NCBI GenBank assembly: GCA_963756845.1
Contig: CAVWPD010000008.1
Location: 358,234 to 422,233, forward strand
DNA: 64,000 bases
Reading direction: 5' to 3'
From: an uncultured Gammaproteobacteria bacterium
GTDB taxonomy: Bacteria > Pseudomonadota > Gammaproteobacteria > Steroidobacterales > Steroidobacteraceae
A model generated the notes under the pieces. The model saw only the letters and a program-made list of their open reading frames with translations. It ran no database searches and had not been told where the DNA came from. The translations under genes and the position numbers were made by a program. The stretch's first letter is position 1. Each line of letters begins with the position of its first letter. Positions 10,796-20,520 of this stretch are shown here, one piece after another.

Positions 10796-11857
10796 ATGGT
10801 AACCACCCCGAATTTTTATGCGCGGGTTTTTGCGCTGAGTGTCGCGGCGATCTTGGGGTACGCACTATTCCTGATATTCGCGCCCCTCGCTCTGCCCATG
10901 ATATGGGCTGCCTTTCTCGCCTTCGTGCTCTACCCGCTCAACCTACGCCTGCGGCGCCGCCTCAAGAGCAAATCGGTTGCGGCGGGCGCCTTGACGGTAC
11001 TGGCCCCCTTCACCATCCTTCTGCCCTTGAGTGCGCTGTCGGTCGAGTTCGTCGCGCAGATTTCCGTGTTGCTGCACCAAGTTCAAAACTCGGCCGCGCA
11101 GCTCGACATCAAAACCTTCTCCGATCTGCAGCATTTTCCGTGGATCGCCCGAGCCAACACCTGGCTGCAGGTGCACGCGGGTATTTCCGCCGAGCAGGTG
11201 CAATCCTGGCTGGTCTCCGGTACCCGCGAAGTGATGCAGCGCGCCGCGAGCATCAGCGGCTCGTTCTTCCTCGGCGCTCTGGGCTCCCTGCTCTCCTTCG
11301 TCGTCATGTTGTCGCTGTTGTTCTTTTTTCTGCGAGACGGAGAGGTGATGATGGCGCGCGGGCGCCAATTGATTCCCTTGGACGAGGAACGCAAGGCACG
11401 GCTGTTCGCACAGCTGAGCGGCGTGACGCGGGCCATCGTGTTCGGCACGTCCGTCACGGCGCTGCTGCAAGGCGTGCTGATCGCGATTGCCTTCGCGATT
11501 GTCGGCCTGCCCACCCCCGTGGTGTTCGGGGTGCTCGCCGCGCTGTTCTCACTGCTGCCCGTGGGCGGTTCGGCATTCGTGTGGATTCCGGCCGCGGTGT
11601 GGCTGTTGGTTGAAAGACATTGGGGCTCGGGCATATTTCTCTTGGCATGGGGACTGCTGCTCGGGGGATTGGACAGCGTGCTGCGGCCGCTGCTGATTTC
11701 CGGCCGGGCACGAATTTCTGCCCTGGCGGTGTTCGTCGGCGTACTGGGCGGCATTCCCGCATTCGGCGCCATCGGTTTCATTGCAGGCCCCGTGGTGCTC
11801 TCCTTGGTGCTCGCGCTCATGGAATTTGCCGAGGAAAGCCGGCCGAAAATCTCCTGA
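10796..11857 (+). CDS. AI-2E family transporter (PerM/TqsA-like permease)
   Basis: 353-aa polytopic membrane protein with the length and sequence pattern of the AI-2E/UPF0118 family (FFFLRDGE..., [18 protein letters not shown]). Confidence 0.75.
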   Translation: MVTTPNFYARVFALSVAAILGYALFLIFAPLALPMIWAAFLAFVLYPLNLRLRRRLKSKSVAAGALTVLAPFTILLPLSALSVEFVAQISVLLHQVQNSAAQLDIKTFSDLQHFPWIARANTWLQVHAGISAEQVQSWLVSGTREVMQRAASISGSFFLGALGSLLSFVVMLSLLFFFLRDGEVMMARGRQLIPLDEERKARLFAQLSGVTRAIVFGTSVTALLQGVLIAIAFAIVGLPTPVVFGVLAALFSLLPVGGSAFVWIPAAVWLLVERHWGSGIFLLAWGLLLGGLDSVLRPLLISGRARISALAVFVGVLGGIPAFGAIGFIAGPVVLSLVLALMEFAEESRPKIS

Positions 11858-11904
11858 AAGATGCGCCTGCAGAAGGCGAAAGCTGCAGTACAATCCGCGC
11901 CCTT

Positions 11905-14067
11905 ATGGACGTATCTCATCTACTTGACGGCCTCAACGATGATCAGCGCCAGGCGGTGGCCTCGCCGCTCGGCGCGGCATTGGTATTGGCGGGCGCGGGC
12001 AGCGGTAAAACCCGGGTATTGGTGCATCGAGTCGCGTGGCTGATCCAGGTCGAGGGCGCCTCGCCGAACAGCATTCTGGCGGTTACCTTCACCAACAAGG
12101 CGGCCGCGGAGATGCGCAGCCGCATCGAGACTTTGTTGGGATTGCCGAGCGGCGCCATGTGGTTGGGGACCTTTCACGGCTTGGCGCACCGGCTGCTGCG
12201 TATCCATTGGCGCGAAGCGGGGCTTCCGCAGAGTTTTCAGATATTGGATTCCGAGGACCAGGCGCGCCTCCTGCGCAAGGTGCTGAAAGCGCTGGACCTG
12301 GACGAGACTCGCTGGATTCCGCGCGAAATCCTCTGGTTCATCAATGCCCAGAAGGACGAGGGACACCGCCCCAAGCACATCAAGGACGATGGGGATCCGA
12401 CACGGCGCCAGCTGATCAAAATCTACCAGGCCTACGAAGAGGCCTGTCAGCGCGCCGGTGTGGCGGACTTCGCCGAACTGCTGTTGCGGGCCTACGAGTT
12501 ATGGCGCGATAACCCCGGCCTGCTGCAGCACTACCGCACACGCTTTCGCCACGTGCTGGTGGACGAGTTTCAGGACACCAACGCCATCCAGTATAAGTGG
12601 CTGATGCTGCTGTGCGGCCCCGACGGCATGCCCTTTGTCGTGGGCGATGACGATCAATCCATTTATCGATGGCGCGGCGCGCGGGTTGAGAACTTAAATC
12701 AGTTTCGGCGCGATTTTCCCAAAGCGGTGCTCTACAAGCTGGAACAGAACTACCGTTCGACGGGCACCATTCTGAAGGCGGCCAACGCGCTGATCGCGAA
12801 CAATTCGGGCCGGCTCGGCAAGACGCTGTGGACCAGCGGAGAGGACGGCGAGCGCGTCAAACTGTATGCGGCATTCAATGAGCGTGATGAAGCGGATTTC
12901 GTGGTCAATCGAATTCGCGAATGGGTCGCGCGCGGCGGCGCGCGGCGCGAGGTCGCCGTGCTGTACCGTTCGAATGCCCAGTCGCGGGTCTTCGAAGAGG
13001 CGTTCCTGAACGCGCGCATGCCGTACCGGGTGTATGGCGGCTTGCGCTTCTTCGAGCGCGCGGAAATCAAGGATGCACTGGCCTACCTGCGCCTCATAGC
13101 CAGCCGCGCGGACGATACCTCCTTCGAACGCGTGGTGAACTTGCCGGTGCGCGGCATCGGCGCCAAGACCATGGACCTGGTGCGCGACACCGCGCGATCG
13201 AAATCGACCTCCTTATGGAACGCCGCTGTGGAATGCACGCAGGGAGCGCTGCCGCAGCGGGCGGCGCAAGCTCTGCAAGCCTTCATGCAGCTGATCGATA
13301 AATTGGCCCACGAGGTGCAGGGATTGGAACTGCACGAACAGGTCGATCACCTCATCCAGATGAGCGGCCTCATCGAGCACTTCAAGAAAGAGAAGGGCGA
13401 GCGCGGCGAGGGCCGCATTGAGAACCTGCTGGAGCTGGTGAGCGCCGCGAGGGGGTTTTCCCCGGAGACCGAGGCGGAAGTCGAACTCTCGCCGCTCGAG
13501 TCCTTCCTTGCACATGCCGTCCTGGAGTCCGGCGAGGGCCAGGCAGATCCCTACGACGACTGCGTGCAGATGATGACCCTGCATTCGGCGAAGGGTCTGG
13601 AATTCCCGGTGGTGTTTCTCGCCGGTATGGAAGACGGCTTGTTCCCGCACCAGCGCTCCGTGGCCGACCTGGCTGGCTTGGAGGAAGAACGGCGCCTGTG
13701 CTACGTGGGCGCGACGCGCGCGATGCGCCAGCTGTACATCACCTATGCCGAGCAGCGCCGGCTGTATGGCGTGGACACCTATGGCCAACCCTCCCGCTTC
13801 ATCGCCGAATTGCCGGCGGAGCTGGTCGAGGAAATTCGTCCGCGTTTGCAGGTGTCGCGGCCGGTGTTCGCCAAACGCAGCGCGAGTCTGGAAGAGTCGC
13901 CCACGCCGAACATGCGCATGGGCAGCCGGGTGCGGCACTTGAAGTTTGGCGACGGAGTGGTGCTTAATTTCGAGGGCAACGGACCGCACGCTCGAATTCA
14001 GGTCAATTTTGAGAGTCAGGGCACGAAGTGGCTGATGCTGTCCTACGCCAACTTGCAGGTCGTGTAG
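11905..14067 (+). CDS. uvrD: DNA helicase II
   Basis: From the ATG at 11905 the product starts MDVSHLLDGLNDDQRQAV..AGAGSGKTRVL (Walker A). It has DEFQDTN and UvrD/Rep motifs and is 720 aa, like E. coli UvrD. The ORF-track start at 11620 is an overlap artefact. Confidence 0.95.
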   Translation: MDVSHLLDGLNDDQRQAVASPLGAALVLAGAGSGKTRVLVHRVAWLIQVEGASPNSILAVTFTNKAAAEMRSRIETLLGLPSGAMWLGTFHGLAHRLLRIHWREAGLPQSFQILDSEDQARLLRKVLKALDLDETRWIPREILWFINAQKDEGHRPKHIKDDGDPTRRQLIKIYQAYEEACQRAGVADFAELLLRAYELWRDNPGLLQHYRTRFRHVLVDEFQDTNAIQYKWLMLLCGPDGMPFVVGDDDQSIYRWRGARVENLNQFRRDFPKAVLYKLEQNYRSTGTILKAANALIANNSGRLGKTLWTSGEDGERVKLYAAFNERDEADFVVNRIREWVARGGARREVAVLYRSNAQSRVFEEAFLNARMPYRVYGGLRFFERAEIKDALAYLRLIASRADDTSFERVVNLPVRGIGAKTMDLVRDTARSKSTSLWNAAVECTQGALPQRAAQALQAFMQLIDKLAHEVQGLELHEQVDHLIQMSGLIEHFKKEKGERGEGRIENLLELVSAARGFSPETEAEVELSPLESFLAHAVLESGEGQADPYDDCVQMMTLHSAKGLEFPVVFLAGMEDGLFPHQRSVADLAGLEEERRLCYVGATRAMRQLYITYAEQRRLYGVDTYGQPSRFIAELPAELVEEIRPRLQVSRPVFAKRSASLEESPTPNMRMGSRVRHLKFGDGVVLNFEGNGPHARIQVNFESQGTKWLMLSYANLQVV

Positions 14068-14078
14068 TAATCTAAGCC

Positions 14079-15455
14079 GTGAAAATCATTATTTTGGGCG
14101 CTGGACAAGTAGGCCGTACGGCGGCGTATCACCTCTCTCGCGAAGAGGCGAACGATGTGACCGTCATCGACCAGAATGAGGAGATTCTTCGGGATCTGCA
14201 GGATCGCCTCGATATTCGCACCGTGAACGGCAATGCCTCCAGTCCGCGCATTCTGGAAGCCGCGGGAATTGCCGACACGGATATTCTCGTCGCGCTGACC
14301 AACAGCGACGAAGTCAACATGCTCGCCTGCCACGTGGCCTGGACGCTGTACCGCACGCCGAAGAAAATCGCGCGCGTGCGCTCCGCCGACTACACCGAAA
14401 GAGATAAATTGTTCGGCGAGAACGGCATTGCCGTGGATGTATGGATAAGCCCGGAGCAGTTGGTCACCGAGTACGTCGCTCGGCTGATCCGCTATCCCGG
14501 CGCGCTGCAGGTGCTCGACTTCGCGGATGGCCGGGTGCGCTTGGTGGGAATTCGCGCCTTGCAGGGCGGGCCGCTCGTTGGCCAGGAATTGAGCGCGCTG
14601 CGCAAACATATTCCCACCGCCGATGCCCGGGTCGCCGCCATTTATCGGGCCGGCAAAAGCGTGAAACCCGAGGGCACCACCGTCATCGAAGACGGCGATG
14701 AGGTATTTTTTCTCGCTGCGCGGGAAAATATCCGCGTGGTCATGAAGGAAATGCGCCGCGAGGAGGCCCCCGCTCGACGCGTGGTGATCGCCGGAGGCGG
14801 CAACATCGGCCTGCGATTGGCCAACGAATTGGAAGGCAAGAATCAAGTCAAGCTCATCGAACGGGATGGCAAGCGCGCCCGGCGCGTATCCGAGCAATTG
14901 AAAAGCACCACCGTGCTGCATGGCGATGCGGCCGACGAAGAATTGCTGCTCGAGGAGAACATCGACAGCGCGGACATTTTCGCCGCGCTGACCAACTCCG
15001 AGGAGGCGAACATTCTCTCGGCGATGCTCGCCAAGCGCTTGGGCGCGCACAAGGTCATGGCGTTAATCAACAAACCCTCCTATGCGGAACTCATCGAAAG
15101 CGGTTCCATCGATGTCGCGATATCGCCGCAGACCGTCACGATCGGCTCATTGCTCGCGCATGTACGCCGCGGAGATGTGGTGCGCGTGCACTCGCTGCGG
15201 CGCGGGGCAGCCGAAGCGCTCGAAGTGGTGGTGCATGGGGATGCCGACAGCTCCAAGGTTATTGGCCGGCGCATCGAGGATATTTCCCTGCCGGAAGGCA
15301 CCACCTTGGGTGCCGTGGTTCGCGGCGAGGATGTCATCATCGCGCATCACGACACCACGGTTCAGCCGGATGACCATCTGATCCTGTTCTTGACCGACCG
15401 CCGCCATATCGAAGCCGTCGAAAAACTCTTTCAGGGCTCCGCTTCCTTTTTGTGA
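14079..15455 (+). CDS. trkA: Trk potassium uptake system NAD-binding subunit
   Basis: 458 aa with duplicated Rossmann/RCK halves (MKIIILGAGQVG..., VVIAGGGNIG...). Confidence 0.95.
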   Translation: MKIIILGAGQVGRTAAYHLSREEANDVTVIDQNEEILRDLQDRLDIRTVNGNASSPRILEAAGIADTDILVALTNSDEVNMLACHVAWTLYRTPKKIARVRSADYTERDKLFGENGIAVDVWISPEQLVTEYVARLIRYPGALQVLDFADGRVRLVGIRALQGGPLVGQELSALRKHIPTADARVAAIYRAGKSVKPEGTTVIEDGDEVFFLAARENIRVVMKEMRREEAPARRVVIAGGGNIGLRLANELEGKNQVKLIERDGKRARRVSEQLKSTTVLHGDAADEELLLEENIDSADIFAALTNSEEANILSAMLAKRLGAHKVMALINKPSYAELIESGSIDVAISPQTVTIGSLLAHVRRGDVVRVHSLRRGAAEALEVVVHGDADSSKVIGRRIEDISLPEGTTLGAVVRGEDVIIAHHDTTVQPDDHLILFLTDRRHIEAVEKLFQGSASFL

Positions 15456-16909
15456 AAGACATCCTGCTGCCGGTCGCCCATGTATTCGCCCTCGTCATGA
15501 TGGTGTTTTCGGCGACCATGCTCGCGCCGCTGATCATGGCGGTGTGGCAACTGGATCCGGCGCTCTGGTCCTTCGTCATTTCCGCCGTGGCCACCTTCGT
15601 GCTCGGCGCGCTGCTCTGGCTTGCCACGCGGCGTTTCAAGCGTGAGCTGAAAACTCGCGACGGCTTGATGCTGGTGGCGCTCACCTGGGTGGCACTGCCG
15701 GCGGTGGCCGGGTTTCCGCTGTGGAACTACCTACCGATCAATTTCACCGACGCCTACTTCGAGGCGGCTTCGGGTTTGACGACCACCGGCGGCACGGTGC
15801 TGTCGGGACTGGAGTTTCTGCCGCGCTCCATCAATCTGTGGCGCTGTCTCTTAAGCTGGCTGGGCGGCATGGGCATCATCGTGCTGGCGGTCGCCATTTT
15901 GCCCATGCTCGGCGTCGGCGGCATGCAGATCTACCGCGCCGAAATGCCCGGGCCGATGAAGGACAGCAAACTCACCCCGCGCATCGGACAGACCGCGAAA
16001 CTGTTGTGGACTGTCTACACCGGGCTGACGTTGGCCTGCATTCTGTGCCTCAAGTTTGCCGGCATGAACTGGTTCGATGCCGTCTGTCATGGGTTCTCCG
16101 CGCTCTCGTTGGGCGGCTTCTCCACCTATGATGCGAGCATCGGCCACTTCAATTCGCTGCCCATCGAGATGGTGCTGACCGTATTTACCATCCTGGCCGC
16201 ATTGAATTTCGCGACGCACTATCTGGCATGGAGCGAACGCGGGGTACTCGCCTATTTTCGCGATGCCGAGGCCAAGGCCATTCTGGGCGTGCTCGCCGGC
16301 AGCTGCATCGGCGTGGCGCTGTTCCTGTACTTCAAGGGCAGCTACAGCGATTTTCCCGCCGCGCTGCGTGCCACGACATTCAACCTGGTATCGGCCGCCA
16401 CGGACAGCGGTTTGCACACCTTGGATTATTCGCGCTGGCCGATCTTCGCGCCCATGTGGATGATGTTCTTGAGCTGCATCGTGGCCAGTTCCGGATCCAC
16501 CGGCGGCGGCATCAAAATGATCCGCACCCTGGTCCTGGCCAAGCAGGCGCACCGCGAACTGAATCAGCTGGTCCATCCGAACATGGTGCGCCCGCTCAAG
16601 GTAGGCGGTACGGTCATCGCCAATCGCGTGGTGTTCGCGGTGCTGGCCTTCGTTTTTTTATATTTCATGAGCATCGTCTCGCTGGTGTTCGTGCTGCTGG
16701 CCAGCGGCCTGGATTTCATGACCTCTTTTTCAGCCATCATTGCCTGCATCAATAACGCAGGTCCCGGCCTGGGGCTGGTGGGTCCCGGCAGCAATTATGG
16801 GGTGCTATCTGATTTTCAGACTTGGGTGTGTTCGGCGGCCATGCTGCTCGGCAGATTGGAGGTTTTCACCATTTTGGTGCTGTTTACCCCCACTTTGTGG
16901 CGAAAATAG
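15452..16909 (+). CDS. trkH: Trk potassium uptake system membrane subunit
   Basis: The GTG start overlaps the trkA stop (GTGA). The 485-aa polytopic protein has TrkH-type motifs (TTTGGTV, GGFSTYD, GSTGGGIK). Confidence 0.95.
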   Translation: MKDILLPVAHVFALVMMVFSATMLAPLIMAVWQLDPALWSFVISAVATFVLGALLWLATRRFKRELKTRDGLMLVALTWVALPAVAGFPLWNYLPINFTDAYFEAASGLTTTGGTVLSGLEFLPRSINLWRCLLSWLGGMGIIVLAVAILPMLGVGGMQIYRAEMPGPMKDSKLTPRIGQTAKLLWTVYTGLTLACILCLKFAGMNWFDAVCHGFSALSLGGFSTYDASIGHFNSLPIEMVLTVFTILAALNFATHYLAWSERGVLAYFRDAEAKAILGVLAGSCIGVALFLYFKGSYSDFPAALRATTFNLVSAATDSGLHTLDYSRWPIFAPMWMMFLSCIVASSGSTGGGIKMIRTLVLAKQAHRELNQLVHPNMVRPLKVGGTVIANRVVFAVLAFVFLYFMSIVSLVFVLLASGLDFMTSFSAIIACINNAGPGLGLVGPGSNYGVLSDFQTWVCSAAMLLGRLEVFTILVLFTPTLWRK

Positions 16910-17015
16910 CGCCTGGAGAGCTCATTAGGAACCATTTCTCAAACAATATCTCATTGTGGGAATTCGCGGCTTGAAATTGCCCAGAAATGCCTTTTCCGTG
17001 GAATTAAATGTCTAA

Positions 17016-17453
17016 ATGATTGCTCTGCTGCAGCGCGTCTTGCATGCCGAAGTGCGAATTGACCACAAAAGCGTCGCCGCCATTGGGGCGGGATTGCTGG
17101 TATTGGTGGGGGTTAAGCACGGCGATGATGAAGTATCCGCGGAGCGTCTACTGCACCGATTGCTGCGTTACCGGGTCTTCGACGATGGTGCCGGGAAAAT
17201 GAACTTAGGCCTCGCCCAAACGGCGGGTGGTTTACTGCTGGTCCCTCAATTCACCCTGGCCGCCGACACCACCAAGGGTTTAAGACCGGGTTTTTCCGGC
17301 GCGGCTCCCCCGGAACAGGCCCGCCGGCTGTTCGACGCGCTGCTCAGGGCAGCGCGCCTTGCGCACAATCCGGTCGGCAGCGGCGTGTTCGGCGCGAATA
17401 TGCAGGTGTCTCTGACCAACGACGGCCCGGTAACCATTTGGCTGGAGAGCTGA
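17016..17453 (+). CDS. dtd: D-aminoacyl-tRNA deacylase
   Basis: 145 aa. MIALLQRV...LLVLVGV...SQFTL-like motif ([10 protein letters not shown]) and C-terminal NDGPVT. Confidence 0.95.
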   Translation: MIALLQRVLHAEVRIDHKSVAAIGAGLLVLVGVKHGDDEVSAERLLHRLLRYRVFDDGAGKMNLGLAQTAGGLLLVPQFTLAADTTKGLRPGFSGAAPPEQARRLFDALLRAARLAHNPVGSGVFGANMQVSLTNDGPVTIWLES

Positions 17454-17576
17454 TTTATTCCGGGGTTTCTTGCAAATGCGACCGAACACGCATCGACCCG
17501 CCGCGGTCAAATGTCATAATATTTTTGGCGTATCATTGATGCCCCAATTGGTTACCGTTCGAATCGGAGAAGCGAG

Positions 17577-17819
17577 ATGTTCGACTCAAAGATGCTACTG
17601 GTCATTTTGGCCATTGCGTTGGTCATTTTTGGGACCAAGCGCTTGCGCACCATCGGCTCGGACCTGGGCGCTGCCGTGAAGGGCTTCAAGTCGGCCATGA
17701 ACGAGGGCGAGACCGAGGAACAGGCCAAGCAGCTCAAGCAGGACAAGGACGCAGACTTCACCCCCAGCGCCGCGACCCGGGAAAGCGACGCCAAGGTGCC
17801 GCCCAAAACCAACGTTTGA
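17577..17819 (+). CDS. tatA: twin-arginine translocase subunit TatA
   Basis: 80 aa. N-terminal TM ([17 protein letters not shown]) followed by an amphipathic helix. Confidence 0.9.
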   Translation: MFDSKMLLVILAIALVIFGTKRLRTIGSDLGAAVKGFKSAMNEGETEEQAKQLKQDKDADFTPSAATRESDAKVPPKTNV

Positions 17820-17825
17820 TGCCGC

Positions 17826-18236
17826 ATGCTTGATGTTGGATTCTCGGAGATCCTGCTCACTTCGGCCATAGCACTCATCGTGTTGGGACCGGAGCGCCTT
17901 CCCAAGGTTGCGCGTCAGGTGGGCAATTGGATGGGTCGCGCCCGCGCGATGGCACGCCAGCTCACCGAACAATTGGAGCGAGAAGTCAGCGCAGAGGAGC
18001 TGCTCAAGGAGCAGAACAAAGCCGCTAACCCCAAGACCGGCACCGCACGCAGCAGCCCGATCGCGGATATGTACCCGCAGACGATCGCGCCAGTGCCGCC
18101 GGAAGCGTCGGCCCAACCACCGCTCGCCCCACCCCCGCCAGCCGCGCCGGGCAGCTATTCGTCCGACACCGCCGCCACGCCGCATGGCGCCGATTGGCAT
18201 CCCGCCCCACCAGCGTCAAAACCGGACAATGGCTGA
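17826..18236 (+). CDS. tatB: twin-arginine translocase subunit TatB
   Basis: 136 aa. MLDVGFSEILLTSAIALIVLGPERLP, the canonical TatB N-terminus. Confidence 0.9.
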   Translation: MLDVGFSEILLTSAIALIVLGPERLPKVARQVGNWMGRARAMARQLTEQLEREVSAEELLKEQNKAANPKTGTARSSPIADMYPQTIAPVPPEASAQPPLAPPPPAAPGSYSSDTAATPHGADWHPAPPASKPDNG

Positions 18237-19026
18237 GCCCGGCGAACCGGGCGGGCTCGCCGAAGGCACACTGATCTCGCACCTGTTGGAGCTGCGCGAC
18301 CGGCTCCTCAAGGCGATGCTGGCGGTAGGCATTTGTTTCGTGCCCTGCGCCTTCTACATGAACCAACTGTTCACGTTCGTCGCGGTCCCCCTCAAAGCGA
18401 AGTTGCCCGCCGGCGCAACCATCATCGCGACCAGCGTCGTGGCGCCCTTTACGGTGCCGTTCAAGCTGGCACTCGTGCTCGCCATCGGCTTGGCCATCCC
18501 CTTCGTGCTGTACCAGGCATGGGCGTTTGTCGCACCCGGCTTGTACAAACACGAAAAGAAACTGGCCGTGCCGCTGCTCGTATCCAGCATCGTGCTTTTT
18601 TACTTGGGCGCGGCCTTCGCCTACTACGTCGTCTTTCCGGTGATGCTGAGCTTCTTCGTCGCCACAACGCCGCTCGGCGTGCAGATGATGACGGACATGG
18701 GCAGCTATTTGGATTTCGTGATGGTTTTGCTGCTGGCGTTCGGTTTGGCCTTCGAAGTACCCGTGGCTACGGTACTATTGGTGTGGACAGGCTTCGTAAA
18801 GATCAAGACGCTTAAAAAGAATCGCGGCTTTGTGCTCCTCGGCATATTCATATTTGCCGCCTTTGTCACTCCGCCCGATGCGGTGTCGCAAAGCGCAATG
18901 GCCGTGCCGATGTACTTGCTGTACGAGATAGGGATCATCATGGCGGGACTGCTGCTCAAAGAAAAAATTGCGGCACGCGAAAAAGAGGAAGCGGAACAGA
19001 CTGAGCCGAAGGCCGGGGATTTCTAG
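18229..19026 (+). CDS. tatC: twin-arginine translocase subunit TatC
   Basis: The ATG at 18229 overlaps the tatB end. HLLELRDRLLK... with six TM segments. The longer ORF from 17908 is an out-of-frame overlap of tatB. Confidence 0.9.
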   Translation: MAEPGEPGGLAEGTLISHLLELRDRLLKAMLAVGICFVPCAFYMNQLFTFVAVPLKAKLPAGATIIATSVVAPFTVPFKLALVLAIGLAIPFVLYQAWAFVAPGLYKHEKKLAVPLLVSSIVLFYLGAAFAYYVVFPVMLSFFVATTPLGVQMMTDMGSYLDFVMVLLLAFGLAFEVPVATVLLVWTGFVKIKTLKKNRGFVLLGIFIFAAFVTPPDAVSQSAMAVPMYLLYEIGIIMAGLLLKEKIAAREKEEAEQTEPKAGDF

Positions 19027-20520
19027 TTGAGCGCTACCTTTTTTGGGCATCCGCGTGGATTGGCCACCTTGTTTCTCACAGAAATGTGGGAGCGATTCAC
19101 GTTCTACGGCATGCGCGCCGTGCTCATCTTATTCCTGGTCGCCTCGGTGGCCACCGGCGGCTTGGGCCTCGATGACAAAACCGCGGCCGCCATTTATGGC
19201 CTGTACAACGCATCCGTTTATCTCGCGGCGCTGCCGGGTGGCTGGGTCGCGGATCGGCTCATTGGCGCGCAGCGCGCCGTCATGCTCGGCGGCCTGTTTA
19301 TTACCGCCGGCAATCTGTTGCTGGCGATTTCCGCCAATGCCTCCGGCTTTTATATCGGCTTGGTGGTCATCATCATCGGCGTCGGGCTCCTGAAACCCAA
19401 TGTCAGCGCCATCGTGGCGGGGTTGTACCCCGAGGGCGGCGCGCGCTTGGACTCGGCATTCACGATTTTTTACATTGGCATCAATGTCGGCGCCGCGCTG
19501 GGGCCGCTCGTTATTCCCTTGGCACAGCGCTACTTCGGATTACGCGCGGGGTTCGGCGTGGGCGCGGTGTTCATGATCATCGGCGTGCTGCAGTTCTACT
19601 TCACGCGAAAGTACCTGGGAGAATCGGGCGTGCATCCCGCGCCCATCCACGCGGCCGGCAGCAGCGCGGCGCTGGTGCCGCGCTCCAAGCAGTGGCTGCG
19701 ATTGTGGATCGGCGTCGGCGCTTTTGTATTGGTGTTGATCGCGGTGAATGCGGGCTGGATTCCGGTCGATCCCCTGCGATTGGCGCATGCCGCCGCCTAC
19801 GTGATCGGCGGCATGGGTGTGCTGTACTTTGCGTACTACTTTATTTTTGCCGACCTTACGCCTGAGGAGCGCCGGCGCGGAGTCGTGCTGGTGGTGCTGT
19901 TCTGCGGCTGCGCGCTTTTCTTCTCCGGATTCGAGCAGGCCGGCTCATCGCTGAATTTATTTGCAGAGCGCTACACTGACCGCACCATTGGCTGGCTGAA
20001 CTTCGTGATTCCGACCGGCTGGTTTCAGTCGTTGAATTCCGTGTTCATCGTCATGTTCGCGCCGTTTTTTGCATGGATGTGGATTGCCCTCGCGCGCCGC
20101 AACTTAAATCCTTCTGCGCCGGCCAAATTCGCGATCGGGGTGATGTTGATGGGCTCGGGATTCTTGGTCATGGCGGCCGCTGCGGCCATCGTTGCCCGCG
20201 GCTCGCAAGTGCTGCCTTACTGGTTGATGATGACCTACCTGCTGCACACCTTCGGCGAGCTGTGCTTGAGTCCTGTAGGCTTGAGCTACTTCACCAAGTT
20301 GGCCCCCAAGCGTTTCGTCGGACAGATGATGGGCATGTGGTTTCTGGCCACCTCGCTCGGCAATCTGGTCGCCGGCTTGATCGCGGGGGAATTCGACGCC
20401 AACAACCTGGCGGCCATGCCGGGGCAATATATGCGCATCGTGTATTTTTCGGTGGGGTTGGGCGCGGTGCTCTTGGTTCTTAGCAGGCCGGTAAAAAAGC
20501 TGATGGGCAACGTGCAATGA
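19027..20520 (+). CDS. proton-dependent oligopeptide transporter (POT/PTR2 family)
   Basis: TTG start directly after the tatC stop. GHPRGLATLFLTEMWERFTFYGMRA is the POT signature. 497-aa MFS fold. Confidence 0.9.
   Translation: MSATFFGHPRGLATLFLTEMWERFTFYGMRAVLILFLVASVATGGLGLDDKTAAAIYGLYNASVYLAALPGGWVADRLIGAQRAVMLGGLFITAGNLLLAISANASGFYIGLVVIIIGVGLLKPNVSAIVAGLYPEGGARLDSAFTIFYIGINVGAALGPLVIPLAQRYFGLRAGFGVGAVFMIIGVLQFYFTRKYLGESGVHPAPIHAAGSSAALVPRSKQWLRLWIGVGAFVLVLIAVNAGWIPVDPLRLAHAAAYVIGGMGVLYFAYYFIFADLTPEERRRGVVLVVLFCGCALFFSGFEQAGSSLNLFAERYTDRTIGWLNFVIPTGWFQSLNSVFIVMFAPFFAWMWIALARRNLNPSAPAKFAIGVMLMGSGFLVMAAAAAIVARGSQVLPYWLMMTYLLHTFGELCLSPVGLSYFTKLAPKRFVGQMMGMWFLATSLGNLVAGLIAGEFDANNLAAMPGQYMRIVYFSVGLGAVLLVLSRPVKKLMGNVQ

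Noticed and set aside
11867-11888. CTGCAG-N10-CTGCAG upstream of uvrD, considered as a possible LexA/SOS box
   Set aside because: It is a direct repeat of CTGCAG, not a CTGT-N8-ACAG-type palindrome. It does not fit the known LexA consensus sequences I can recall.
11620-11904. N-terminal extension of the uvrD ORF. Similar extensions occur at 17908..18228 for tatC, 23731..24432 for the histidine kinase, 36059..36130, 57153..57218 and 59378..59494.
   Set aside because: The extensions overlap the preceding genes and lack family similarity. Internal starts give canonical N-termini.
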